Below, piece after piece: positions 12,350-24,336 of a stretch of 64,000 nt of DNA. Source of the DNA: Chiloscyllium plagiosum (taxonomy: Eukaryota). The notes under the pieces were generated by a model. That model was not told the DNA's origin. It saw only the letters and a program-made list of their open reading frames with translations, and made no database searches. How positions within the stretch are numbered: the stretch's first letter is position 1; each line of letters begins with the position of its first letter. A program made the translations under genes and the position numbers. The stretch lies in NCBI RefSeq assembly GCF_004010195.1, contig NC_057718.1:73841931-73905930 (forward strand). The letters are read 5' to 3'.

Positions 12350-13320
12350 TCTTACGCAACCCCCCAATCAAACAAAATAAAGACAGAGTTCCCCCTTGTC
12401 CTCACTTTCCACTCCACTAGTCTCCACTTCCAACGAATTATCTTCAAACACTTGCACCAACTCCACTACCAAGGATATCTACCCCTCCATCCCTTCTCTA
12501 CCTTCCGCAAGGACCATTCCCTTCCACATTCCTTGTTTCGTGCCACACACCCCATCAACCCTCCAATTTCCCCTGCACCTTCCCCTGTAACCACAAAAGA
12601 TGCAAAACCTGTTGGCATACCACCTCCCTCACTTCCATCCAGGGCCACAAACAGTCCTTCCAGGTCAAACAGAAGTTCATCTCCTCTCCCTAACCTAGTT
12701 TACTGCATCCAGTGCTCCCAATATGGTCTTCTCTAAAAATGAGACCAAATGTAAACTCAGGACACATTTTGCCCAGCATTACAGCCAGGCCATAAGGGCC
12801 AGCCTGACCTCCCAGTCACCGCCCATTTAAACTCCCCTTCCCACTCCCTCTCTAACATATCCATCCTTGGCATCCTCCATTGGCACGCTGAATCAGACTA
12901 CAAATCGGAGGAACAACACCTTATCTTCATCCTGGGCAGTCTACTGCTCTGAAGACTCAACACTAAGTTCTTCAATTTCAAATAATGCTCCCACCCATCC
13001 CCCAACCTCCTTTACAGCCCTGTCTCCTCCCTTCCATTCCACTTATCGACCCTTCCTTCCAGCCACCAACAGGATTCATCCCTTCCATCGACTAACCAGG
13101 TTGTACCCATTATCTGTGTTCACCTATCACTACTTCACCTCCGGCTCTCCCCGTCTCTTTACCTGCAGCTCCCCCTACCCCTACCCTGATTCCTAAAGAA
13201 GGGTTATACATGAAACATTAAATTCTCCACCTCCTGAGGCCGCTCGGCTTGCTTGTTCTTCCAGACTCCTGCTTGTCTACTTTGGATTCCAGCATCTGCA
13301 GTTTTTTTTTGTCTCTAACA
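12350..13320 (+). mobile_element. Penelope-like element 3' portion (GIY-YIG plus terminal repeat)
   Basis: PLVLTFH...IIFKH...FRKDHSL, NLVYCIQCSQYGL, EEQHLIFILG; terminus ...ggattccagcatctgcag. Confidence 0.75.
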
Positions 13321-13623
13321 GAGTTCAGGACCAGCATGTTTCTGTGAGGATGACAGATTAGAATGGCAAGATTCGAGAACCTTGGATGGTGAGAGATCAT
13401 GTCAATTCAGTTTAAAATAAATAGGAAGCATATTTAGAAAACATAAATCAAACAAGGCCCTTGAGGAATATAAAGGAAATAGGAAATTAAAAATGACAAG
13501 TAGGATTAAGGAGATTCCCAAACATTTTATTCATATACTAGGAGTGAGAGAGTAACTAGAGAAAGGGAAGTTCACTCAAGGACAAATAAGTGAATTTGTG
13601 TGGAAGAGATTCTTAATAAGTAA

Positions 13624-14532
13624 TGTTGTGAAGGTGGAGTGTGTAAAATTGTAAACTAGAGAAAGCATTGTGCGGTCCCTTTAAAAAATTGTGTTTTTTT
13701 TTCTGTGCTTAGAGTTAAAATGAATGTTTGGCAGCAGCTTGAGTTTGCAGGAGAACAGAACATCTGAATTGAAACATTTTGTATCGAAAGGCCAAATAGC
13801 AATTTTATCAAGACAACAATCATTTCAAATTTAGCCAATCAATTTAAATCAGGTCCTTGGCTACCAAAAACCTATTACATTTAAATCTGATGGTTTTGAG
13901 AATCTAGGACCAAACCAATTGTAAAAATATTGGTAAGCCATCAAGGGTATCAAAGATGAGGACATTTCGAAAATCGGGACAGAGCCTACCACCATCTGCC
14001 AAGATATAACAGCTCTCAGCTCTTCGAGAAAGCACCATCCATTTACCATGGTACCTCAGCACACTGTCTAAATTCCTGCCAGAAGAATCTACAGAGAAAG
14101 CATTCCTGACAGAAAGATCAGCGGAGAAGGCATAGAGTTCTGGAAAACACATAACCTGGCCATCATTTTGAGGGACTAAATTCTATTGTTTTGTGACATA
14201 AGTGGGAGTTCTTTTTATTGGAACAGCTTATCATTAGAATCTTACATTATTCGGAAAAGTTAGTAGTTAGAGGGGGATTGTTTGGTATGTTAACATTTTA
14301 GTTAATTTGTTCACTGTTAGAATTACTTGTGGATTGTAAACTGAGAGCCAGGGATTTGCTTTACTTAACCACTAGAAGTTGCTAACAAAAAGAATTACGC
14401 CCCTTCACACACTTCTTTTAACAGATTATATGGCAAAGTGTTCCTGTTGGGTGATTCGGTTGTAGTTTTCGGGGGTTGGCTGGGGGGGGGGGGGGGGGCA
14501 TGTTGGTGGAGGTCAACTTTCACTATATAACA
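13624..14532 (+). repeat. 5' LTR of Gmr1-like element
   Basis: Starts TG, ends ...tataaCA; colinear with 18908-20020; followed by PBS. Confidence 0.8.
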
Positions 14533-14535
14533 GAT

Positions 14536-14558
14536 TGTGGGCTCCGGTACAGGATTTG
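14536..14558 (+). other. Degenerate primer-binding site (tRNA-Pro type)
   Basis: tgtgggctccggtacaggatttg resembles TGGGGGCTCGTCCGGGATTTG, immediately after the LTR end. Confidence 0.6.
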
Positions 14559-15226
14559 GATGGATTTGGACAGATTTGAACAGATTTAGCATATGAAAGG
14601 TGCCAGCAGATTGAAACAGGTTTGGGGACTAGTGACCTACATCTTTAAATAAAACTTGAGTGAGGGGTGGAATATCTGTTTAATTTCGGTTGCTTGTTGT
14701 TGGTTAAATTAAAAGTGGGGAAATAGCTCTTAACAGTGCTAAGAGTGGTTCGAGGGGTTGAAGATGCTTGCCAAATTTACCAAGAAAGTTTAGAAAGATA
14801 AAAAAAAGTGACACTTATTGTATTAGCATACAGGTTTAAATTGGGTTTAACTAGGGATAGAAAGTAAGTTGAAATTGTAATGGAGTTAGCCAAGTATTTA
14901 GGTATATCAGAGAAACAGTCAAGTGCAATGGAGTTAGAAAATTTCAAATTGCAAATGAGGCAATTGGAATTAGGAAGTGGATTTAAAAGACTGGAGTTAG
15001 AAGATAGAGCAAATGAAAGCAAATCACCTTAGCAGAAGTAAAAGAAAGAATGTTTGAGTTGGAAAAGATGAAATTGGAATTTGAAGCAAAAGGTTTAAAA
15101 TGATAGAAGTAAAAATATGATGTGGAGGTGCCGGTGTTGGACTGGGATGGACAACGTAAAAGTACAGGATAGCAGTGATGGTGAGAAACTCATTGTAGCC
15201 AAAGGCCTAGTAGGATATACACTAGG

Positions 15227-15675
15227 TGAGAGTGTGATGCTGGAAAAGCACAGCCAGTCAGGCAGCATCCGAGGAGCAGGGGAATCGATGTTTCAGGCAT
15301 AAGCACTTCATCAGGAATGAGACTTGTGGGTTGAGGCAGAAAGATGAGTGGGAGGGGTATTGGGTTGCGGGGAGGTAGCTGGGAAAGTGATAGGTGGATG
15401 AAGGTGAGGGAGAAGGTGATAGGTCAGAGGGGGCAGTGATGGATGAGACTGGAGGGCAGTGCCAAGTCGGATGCTTGGGACTGGGATAATATGGAGGGAG
15501 GGGAAGTGAAGAAATTCACATTTATCCTGTGTAGTTTCAGGGTCCCAAGGCGAAACAGCTGTTGGGTGGTAACAGTTTGGCGGTGGAGGAGGCACAGGAC
15601 CTGCATGTCCTTGACGGAGTGGGAGGGGAAATTGAAGTGCAACCACACAGGATAAATGTGGATTTCAACAGCTTC
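15227..15675 (-). mobile_element. PLE 3'-terminal fragment (family A) inserted in Gmr1 gag
   Basis: gtgtgatgctggaaaagcacagc...ggcagcatcc terminus; degenerate hammerhead on - strand at ~15282-15316. Confidence 0.7.
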
Positions 15676-16629
15676 CAAATATGTTGAAACATTACCAAAA
15701 TCAAAGAAAAGGATGTAGAAGCCTTTTTTGTTTCTTTTGAGAAATTGGCTAACCAGATGAACTGGCCAGAGACTACGTGGGTTCTGTTAATTCAGAACAA
15801 ATTGGTAGGTAGGGTTAATGAGGTGTTTGCAGCGCTGTCAAAGGAGGTGACAGGGGAATATGAAGAAGTAAGAAAGGCAGTTTTGAGTGCTTACAAATTG
15901 GCACAAGAAGCATATCGACAACAGTTCAGAAATGTAAGGAAGGAACTAGGTCAGGCTTATATTGAGTTTGAAAGAATTAAACAGAGCAACTTCGACAAAT
16001 AAATCAGAGCATTAAAAATAGAAAAGACATACCAGGATCTGAGAGATATTATTCAGCTGGTAGAGTTTTAAAAACTCCCTTCCAGAAGTGATAAGAACTC
16101 ATGTTGAGGAACAGAAAGTTAAAACCGTGAGAAGAGCTGTAAAGATGGCGGATGAATATGCATTAGTACATAAATCGACACCTAACTTCTGATAGCAATT
16201 ACATTCCTTGAGGGACAGACATTGGGAAAGGGGGAGATCCTTCAGTGAAAACAAAAGGTAGACCACACTGGTAACAATTTAACACACATGAAAAAAAGTG
16301 TTTTCAATGCAATAAGGTGGGACACACAAAGTCACAGTGCTGATGGTTTAAGAAAAGCACTGGGAAAGAGATTTGGTAAAAGAGGCGAAACCTGTGAGAT
16401 TAGTTAAGGCAGTGACGGAAGTTCTGAGAGAAGTTGAGGAGCTGTAGGAGAGTGAACTGCATAGCGAGGAGCTGGATAGTAAGGTAGCACCTGATCTTTT
16501 GGGACTCACCTGTGGGTAAGATTGACTCAGGTACAACATAGGGAGTAGGTAGGAAGAAAGGTGCGACAGGTCAAGGGGCGGTGCCAAGTTGGAGGGTTGG
16601 ATCTGGGATGAGGTGGAGAGAGGGGAGAT

Positions 16630-17268
16630 TTGGACAAACAAGCAGACAAAACATATCCAGAAACCCTAGCCACTCTCCCCTACATCAAAGACACCTTGGA
16701 AATGACTGCCAGACTATTCAGACCCCTTGGCATCATGGTAGCCCACAAACCCACCAACACACTAAAACAGCAGCTAATGAATTTGAAAGACCCTATACAG
16801 ACAGCAAGCAAAACTAATGTCATTTACAAAATACCATGCAAGAACTGTAACAAACACTACATTGGACAAACAGGCAGAAAACTAGCCACCAGGATACATG
16901 AACTCCAACTAGCCACAAAAGGACATGATCCTCTCTCACTCATATCCTTACATACAGATAAGGAAGGACACCACTTTGACTGGTACAATACATCCATCTT
17001 AGAACAAATCAAACAGAGACATGCATGAGAATTCCTAGAAGCATGGCATTCTAACCGGAACTCTATCAACAAGTTAGACTCCATCTACCACCCCCTGAGA
17101 AAAAGAACAGGAAATGATGTCACCAACCCAAAGAAACCCAAACATATAAATAGAAAGCAGGAATCATGTACACTGCTTCGCCTGAGGTTCACTGAAGATG
17201 TTACCTAGTAGGGTGACGAAACGCCTGAAAATGAACCTCCCAGCTCAGCGAGCAAATCTACATGCATA
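16630..17268 (+). mobile_element. Penelope-like element 3' end (second PLE family, C-type terminus), GIY-YIG endonuclease
   Basis: ORF 16630-17028 TLPYIK...KPTNTL...NVIYKIPCKNCNKHYIGQTGRKLATRIHE; hammerhead-like motif at 17185-17240. Confidence 0.85.
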
Positions 17269-17717
17269 GTACGAGGTTGATATAGGGAATGCTGTTCCAA
17301 TAAAACAACACCCCTACAGGCTTAATCCTCTCAATGCAGTGCTGGTTTAGAAAAAGTGCAAGTAATGCTCCAAGAAGACATCATAGAGATGAGTCAAATT
17401 GCCTGGAGATCGCAAATCATTTTGGTTCATAAACCTGATGGTACTGAAGAATTCTGCGTGGATTATTGGAAGGTCAACACTGTGACAAAGAGCTGACTCA
17501 TACCCAATTCTGGAGGATTGTGTGGAAAAACTGCGAAAAGCCACTTACTTTACAAAGCTTGATTTACTATTATCAGAGAAAGCAAAAGACATTTTTGCCT
17601 TTGTAATCCCAAATGGGCTATATCAATTTAAAGTAATGCCCTTTGGAATGAAAAATGCACCAGTCACTTTCCAAAGGCTTATGAACAGAACTCTTGCAGG
17701 ATTGACTGTGCAGTCTG

Positions 17718-17917
17718 GGAGAAAGTGAGGACTGCAGATGCTGGAGATCAGAGCTGAAAAATGTGTTGCTGGAAAAGCGCAGCAGGTCAGGCAGCATCCA
17801 AGGAGCAGGAGAATCGATGTTTCGGGCATAAGCCCTTCTTCAGGAAATGTCGATTCTCCTGCTTCTTGGATGCTGCCTGACCTGCTGCGCTTTTCCAGCA
17901 ACACATTTTTCAGCTCT
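17718..17917. mobile_element. Short palindromic PLE-terminal element (family A) inserted in Gmr1 RT
   Basis: Long near-perfect inverted arms; hammerhead core on - strand 17811-17844; duplicated tgtgcagtctg (17707-17717, 17921-17931). Confidence 0.8.
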
Positions 17918-18907
17918 AATTGTGCAGTCTGCAGAGATGACTTAGTGATCTTTAGCCATCCGTAGAAAGATCATGTGGTGCATTTGGTGAACTCTTTGAG
18001 AGACTACAAAAGGCAAAATTAGTCATAAACTTGGCAAATACAGAGTTTGCAAAGGTGAAAATGACATTCTTAGAACACAACACTGGGCACAGATTACACT
18101 GAGGAATGTGAAGACAAAGGCCATCAAAGAATTTCCAAGACTATTCATGAAGAAGAAAGTGTTATGATTTTTAGGACCGAGTGGATTCAACAGGAAATTT
18201 GTACCAAACGTTAGTAGCGTAGTGGCACCATTAACGGATTTGTTACAAAAGTACACAAACGTTTGGTGGATAGAACCATGCCAGTAGGCATTCGAGAATT
18301 TAAAAGCACTGTTAACCACCAGACCAGTTTTAGCCACGTCCAATTTTCTAAAACCTTTTAAAGTTGCTATTAATGCAAGCGATGTTGGTGTTGGATCTCT
18401 GTTATTACAGGAGGATGAAGGTGGAATTGAAAGGCTAATTGGTTATTTTTCAAATTAAACTCAATATCCACCAGAAAAGACATTCAACCATCGAAAAAGA
18501 GTTATTGAGTTTGACACTTGCCTGACAACATTTTAATGTTTACTTTGCAAACAATGTATCAGAGATGGTTGTGTATATCGATCGCAATCCTTTGACATTC
18601 TTGGAAAGATTTAAGGACAAAAACACGAGATTATTTCATTGGAATCTCATGTTTCAAGCATATAATTTACAGATTGTACATGTTGCCGGTCACACAAATA
18701 TTATCGCGGATGCTTTATTGCAGGTTTGAAAGAAAAATGTTTGTATAAGATAGAAACGGTGGTGTTCAATGTTATATATAAATGGAATTTGAATAAAATG
18801 TATAAGCGTAGATTAATGATCTATGGACTAGTAAAATGATAGAGTTAATGATTTTAAAGAGAAAAAATAAAGCCATCTTTTTATAATGATCATTCATTGG
18901 GGGGAGG

Positions 18908-20020
18908 GATCGCGAAGTTGGTGTGTATAAAATTGTAAAATGGGGCAAGCACTGGATGGTCCCTTTTAAAAGATGGTGTTCCTTTCTTGCTTGAAGTTAA
19001 AATGGAAATCTGTGAGCTGCTTTAAAATTTGCAGGATCTGAGAGAGTCTGAATTGAAACATTTTGAAACAAAAGGCCATGCAGCAGTTTTATCAAGGCAA
19101 GTTTTTTTAAAATTTAGCTAATAAATTTAAACCAGACCCTTAGCTACCAAAACCCTTTTAAATTTGACAATTTAATGTTTTTGACAATCTAGGACCAATC
19201 TGACTGTAAAAATATTGATAGGTTCTCAAGGGTATAAAAGATGAGGGCATTTGGAAAATTGGGGGAGAGCCAACTGCCATCTGCTAAGAGATAATAGCTC
19301 TCAGCCGTTAAAGAAAGCACTATCTATTTACCACAGTACCGGGGCACACCATCTAAATTCCTGACAAAAGAATCTCCAGAGAAAGCATTCCTGACAGAAG
19401 GATCAGTGGAGAAGACACAGAAAATTCTAGCACGGTGGCACAGTGGTTAGCACTGCTGCCTCATAGCGCCAGAGACCTGGGTTCAATTCCCGCCTCAGGC
19501 AACTGTCTTTGTGGAGTTTGCACGTTCTCCCCGTGTCTGCGTGGGTTGGCCATGCTAAATTGCCCGTCGTGTTAGGTGAAGGGGTAAATGTAGGGGAATG
19601 GGTCTGGGTGGGTTGCTCTTCGGAGGGTTGGTGTGGACTTGTTGGGCTGAAGGGCCTGTTTCCACGCTGTAAGTAATCTAATCTAAACATGTAACGTGGC
19701 GTAATTTCGAGAGACTAAATTCTGTTAGCGATTTCTATTATTTTGTTCTATAAGTGGGGGTTGACTTTATTGGAACAGCTTACCATTGCAATCTTGTAGT
19801 ATTCGGTAATAGTTAGTAGTTTGAGGGGAATTGTTCAGTCTGTTAATAGTTCAATTAATTTATTCACTGTTAGAGTTATGCAAATAAATTATTACTTCTG
19901 GATTGTAAAGTGAGCGTCAGGGACTTCTTTTACTTAACCACTAGAAGTTGCTGAAAAAAACAGATTACTCCCTTTCTCCCGCTCCTTTTGACAGATTATA
20001 GAGTGAGGTGTTCCCCTTTG
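18908..20020 (+). repeat. 3' LTR of Gmr1-like element (3'-truncated, carries HE1 SINE insertion)
   Basis: Colinear with 13624-14450; preceded by polypurine tract. Confidence 0.8.
19430..19687 (+). mobile_element. HE1-like V-SINE
   Basis: tRNA-like A box (tggcacagtgg) and B box (ggttcaattcc), V-domain, CR1-like tail with (taatc)n end. Confidence 0.85.
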
Positions 20021-20198
20021 GAGCTTTGGCTCCTCAAGCACCAACTCTGCCTAGCTCCCCCACTCACCTCCCCATCTCCCTCGAATCATCTTGTCCCTGA
20101 TCACAGACTAATTTTGAATAACCTAATCTGATGTGACCACCCTCTAGAGTAAAGAACCAGTCACTTTCCCCCTCTTATGTCGTACAATGCTTTTAACT

Positions 20199-20310
20199 AG
20201 GAGAAAGTGAGGACTGCAGATATTGGAGATCAGAGTCGAGAGTGTGGTGCTGGAAAAGCACAGAGGATGCTGCCTGACCTGCTGTGCTTTTCCAGCACCA
20301 CACTCTCGAT
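20199..20310. mobile_element. Short palindromic PLE-terminal element (family A, centre deleted)
   Basis: Inverted arms tcgagagtgtggtgctggaaaagcacag / ctgtgcttttccagcaccacactctcga; 13-bp direct repeat aatg(c/a)ttttaact (20186-20198, 20311-20323). Confidence 0.75.
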
Positions 20311-20471
20311 AATGATTTTAACTCAGACTCCAGCTCCTCTTCTTGACTCCAAAACTCTTTGAGTTACAAATGCATACATGTGTTTCTTATTGATCACCTT
20401 GGTATCGTGTAGCTCCCACATGCTACAGCAGCAACACATTTATTCTGCCATCACTATCATATTTCATTTCG

Positions 20472-20743
20472 AGATTGAGATTAGGTTAGATTCCCTATAG
20501 TGTGGAAACAGTTCAGCCCAACAAGTCCACACTGACCCTCCAAAGAGTAACCCAGACCCATTTCCCTCTGACTAATGCACCTAACACAGTTTCGAATGGC
20601 CAATTCACCTGGCTTACACATCTTTGGACTGCAGGAGGAAACCCATGCAGATACGGGGAGAATGTGCAAATTCCACACAGTCACCCAAGGATGGGATTGA
20701 ACCCGGGTACCTGGCGCTGTGAGGCAGCAGTGCTACCCACTGA
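20472..20743 (-). mobile_element. HE1-like V-SINE
   Basis: Reverse complement of the SINE at 19430. Confidence 0.8.
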
Positions 20744-21009
20744 ATAATTCGTCTAAATTCCCTCCTGTTTATATTTCATTTTAAAAAATACCAGTTTTAA
20801 TCTTATTCTTAACAAGCTATATTTAAAAGAGAGAAGAGAATAACAAGAGACTGCTTAGAGCTAACCCCAAACTAAACACCTTACTTTTACATTAAAGACT
20901 AGAAAAACTCACTAATCCTTGAGCTATTTTCCAAAGCATTTTGTGCTTTGTGAAGTCATTCCACCATTGAACTCACTACAGGTAAGCTTCTCAGTTCATG
21001 CCTTTTAAA

Positions 21010-23895
21010 GGGTTAAGGGAGTGGGGGGGGGGGGGGGGTTGCTCAGCAGAGGTTAAAGTTTCTAGATCAAGTAATAGGACAGAGAGTATGAAAAGAGTCA
21101 GAAATCTAACTTCAGGCAAAACAGATAAGGGGACATTTATGAGAAAGGGGGCAGACAACGCAAATCTGAGAATGTTGTATTGAAATGCATGCAATATTTG
21201 AAACAAGATAAATGAGCTTTTGGTCAAATGAAATTGGTGGATATCATGTTATCATATCACAGAGATGTGGCTGCAAGGGGATCAGGGCTGGAAACTATAT
21301 ATCCAAGGATACATGAGCTATTGAAAAGGTAAGGAGATGGCAGAGAGGTTGGGTTTGTCTTGTTATATAGAAATGCTATTGAATTGATAGCAAGAAGAGA
21401 TATGTAGTTGGAAATTGTAGGATCTGTGATGGGTAGTGTTAAGGAACTGCAAAGAAAGATAGACCATGATGTGAGTTGTGTACAAGCATCCTAGCAGTAA
21501 TTAGGTTGTGAGAAAGAAAATAAATTAGGAGATAGAAAAGGCATTATTACAATAAATATGGGGAACTTCAATATGCAGGTGGATTGGGAAAATCAGATTG
21601 GTAGCATATCTCAAAAAAAAAAGGAATATGTGAAATGTCTGCGAGATTTTTTTTGGAACAGCTTGTGGAAGAGACCACTAGGGAACAGGCAATTCTGGAT
21701 TTAGTGATGCGTATTGAGGCAGACTTGATTACAGAGCTTAAGGTGAAATAACCCCTAGGGGCTGTGACCATAATATGATAGAATTCACCCTGCAGTTTGA
21801 GAGGGAGAAGCTGATATCAGATGTAACAAAATGACAATTTAGTAAAGATAACTAGAAAGAAATGAGGGAGGAGCTGGCCAGATTTGGCTGGAAGTGGAGC
21901 CTTGCATGGAACACAGTGAAGCAGCAATGGCAGGAGTGTAATTTGGGAGGCACAGCAGGAATTCATCCCAAGGAAGATGAAACATATTAAGGGAAGCATG
22001 AGGTAATCGTGGTGACAAAGGAAGTCAAAGAGAGCATGATAGCAAAAGAAAAAGCTTACAATGTAATGAAGGTTACTGGAAGGATAGAGGATTGGGAAGC
22101 CTTTGAAAATAGCAGGGGGTAACTAATAAAAAACAATAAAGGGGCTAGAAGATGAAACATGAGAGGATACTAGCTAGTAATACAAAACAGGATTGTAACA
22201 GCTTTTTTTTGTTCATAGGTAAGAAAGAGGCAACAGTGGATATTTGGATCACTGGAAAATGAGGTTGGAGAAGTAGAAATGGGTAACATAGAAATGGTGG
22301 TGGAACAGAATCAAACTTTGCATCAAATTTTACAGTGGGAGACAGTGGAACTTCAAGGTAGTCACAGGGCAGAGGTGAGTGCAGTGGCTATCACTAAAGA
22401 GATGGTGGGGAAGCTGAAAAGGCTCATGCAGGCTAAATGGACCACAACCCAGAATTCTGAAGGAGATTGTAAAGGCATTAACGGTGAACTTTCAGAACTC
22501 ACTGGTATCAGGGATGGTCCCACAAGATTGGGAAATAGCTAATCTAACAACTCTGTTTAAGAAGGGAGGGAGGCAGAAGATTCAAAACTACATGCTGGTT
22601 AGCCTGACCTCAGTCATTGGCAAGATTTTAGAGTCCATTATTAAAAATAACATTGCAGAGTACTTGGAAGTGCATCACAAAATAGCACAGAATCAGCATG
22701 GCTTTGTCAAGGGGAGGCCATGCCTGACTTTGCTGTCAGAATTCTTTGAGAGGGTAACAAGCACGTTAGAGAAAGATTAACCAGCTTACATGATCTATTT
22801 GGATTTCTAAAGGCCTTTGACAAGATGCTACTCAGGAGGCTGCTAACTTAGAGCCCATGGTATTTGGGATAATGCACTGGCATAGATAAAGGATTGGCTG
22901 ACTGGCAGAAGGCAGACAGTAGGGATGGCAGCTAATGACTAGTGAAGTTCTACAGAGGTCAGTGTTGGGACCACAACTGTTCATGTTGTGCATTCATGAT
23001 CTAGAGAAAGGAACTGAGGACATTGTTACTAGGTTTGCAAATGACACAAAAATTGGTGGTGGGACAAGTTGTGTTGGGGAAGCAAGGAGACTGCAGAAGG
23101 ACTTGGACAGACTCAGTGAGTGGATAAAGAATTGCAGATGGAATATAATGTGGGAAAGTGAGATATTATGCATTCTGAAAGGAAGAATAAAAGAGTAGGC
23201 TTTGGAAATCTGAGGTGCAAAAAGGACTTGGGAGTCCCAGTTCAGGATATTCCTAAGGTTAATGTGCAGGTTTAGTTGCTGGTTAGGAAGACAGATGCAA
23301 TATTGGCTTACATTTCAGGAGGGCTAGAATACAAGAGTAGAGATGCACAGCTGACGTTGTATAAGGCTCTGGTCAGACTGCAATTGGAGTATTGTGAGCA
23401 GTTCTAAGCCTATATCTACGGTAAGAGGAGGTCTAGAGGATGTTTACAAGAATGATCCCAACAATGAATGGATTATCATATCAGAAACGGTTGAGGACTC
23501 TGGGTCTGTACTTGACAGAGTTTAAGGGTGAGGGCTTAGCTGACAGTAAACTTACAGGATACTGAGATGACTTGTTCGAGGGGATTTTTGCACCAATAGG
23601 AGAGTCTGGGACCCGAGGACAAAGCCTCAGAATGAGGAGACGATCCTTTAGAATTGAAATGGGGAGGAATTTCTTCTGCCCAGGGTGGTGTACCTGTGAA
23701 ATGTTTTGGCGCAGAAGGCTCTGGGGCCATATCATTGAGTCTATTTAAAGCAGAGAGATGGTTCTTGATTAGTAAGAGGATCGAGGTTTACAAGGAGGCA
23801 AGGAGAATGGGACTGAGAAACATATCATCTATAATCGAATGGCGGAGCATACTCAACGAGGTGAAATGCCTAATTCTGTTCCTAAATCTTATGGG
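21010..23895 (+). mobile_element. Degenerate near-full CR1-like LINE ORF2 (endonuclease + RT) and 3' UTR
   Basis: ITEMWL, LDLVM, VPQDWEIANLTTLFKKG, QHGFVKGRPCLT, SVLGPQLF, RFANDTK; many stops and frameshifts. Confidence 0.85.
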
Positions 23896-24094
23896 CCGAA
23901 CGGGTTCATTCTACGGTACAGAATAATAACTCTATGATTGGTCTTGGGGAGAGTGCCTCACAACATCTCTGCACAGAATTGGGACTAAAAGGTTAAATGA
24001 GATTGGAACTGTCTTCTCATTCCTTAAGAAGAAAGGACTAATCGGTTTCCAGCTCAAAACGAGCCGGGACATTTCCATCCTGTCTCATCCTATT

Positions 24095-24305
24095 CCATAC
24101 CGCCCTGTCAATCAGTCGTGGGGGCGTGGCCTCTAGCTTTCTGTACCCAATGGAAAAGATGAAGGAATGGCACCAACGTTGAGGCCGCGCCCATCATTGA
24201 ATCATTGACGATGTCCTTGCGGGGCAGGTCGGGAGACCCCACCATGAGAACGCGTGAGTGGAGCTTGGGGGCTCTGGGAGGTGCGCGTCGAGCCGCCATT
24301 TTGTG
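24095..24305 (+). promoter_or_regulatory. SYNCRIP: SYNCRIP CpG-island promoter
   Basis: Sharp rise in CpG; GC/KLF box ggggcgtggc (24121-24130), CCAAT (~24148), YY1 motif gccgccatttt (24292-24302) just before a strong donor. Confidence 0.7.
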
Positions 24306-24336
24306 GAACGTTGTGTGAGAGGACGGAAAGGGAAAG
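24270..24336 (+). other. SYNCRIP: Probable non-coding exon 1 of SYNCRIP (start approximate)
   Basis: Strong donor AAG|gtaagg at 24336/24337 in the CpG island; exon 2 begins with an acceptor, so an upstream exon is required. Confidence 0.6.

Larger units (their letters stand above)
13624..20020 (+). mobile_element. Gmr1-like Ty3/Gypsy LTR retrotransposon, internally deleted (no integrase) with several nested insertions
   Basis: Two similar LTRs, tRNA-Pro-like PBS, gag (FEKLANQMNWP..W.LL), CCHC knuckle CFQCNKVGHTKSQC (16299-16340), RT (FCVDYWKVN, YQFKVMPFGMKNAP.TFQR, degenerate YxDD 'CRDDL'), RNase H (INASDVGVG, STIEKELL, NIIADAL), polypurine tract at ~18899-18908. Confidence 0.85.

Noticed and set aside
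19430..19500. tRNA gene
   Set aside because: A/B boxes are the head of a SINE that continues into V-domain and LINE-like tail; several copies in the window
1..24000. SNHG5/SNORD50 host gene expected upstream from mammalian synteny
   Set aside because: No recognisable SNORD50-like sequence seen; the region is almost entirely transposon-derived
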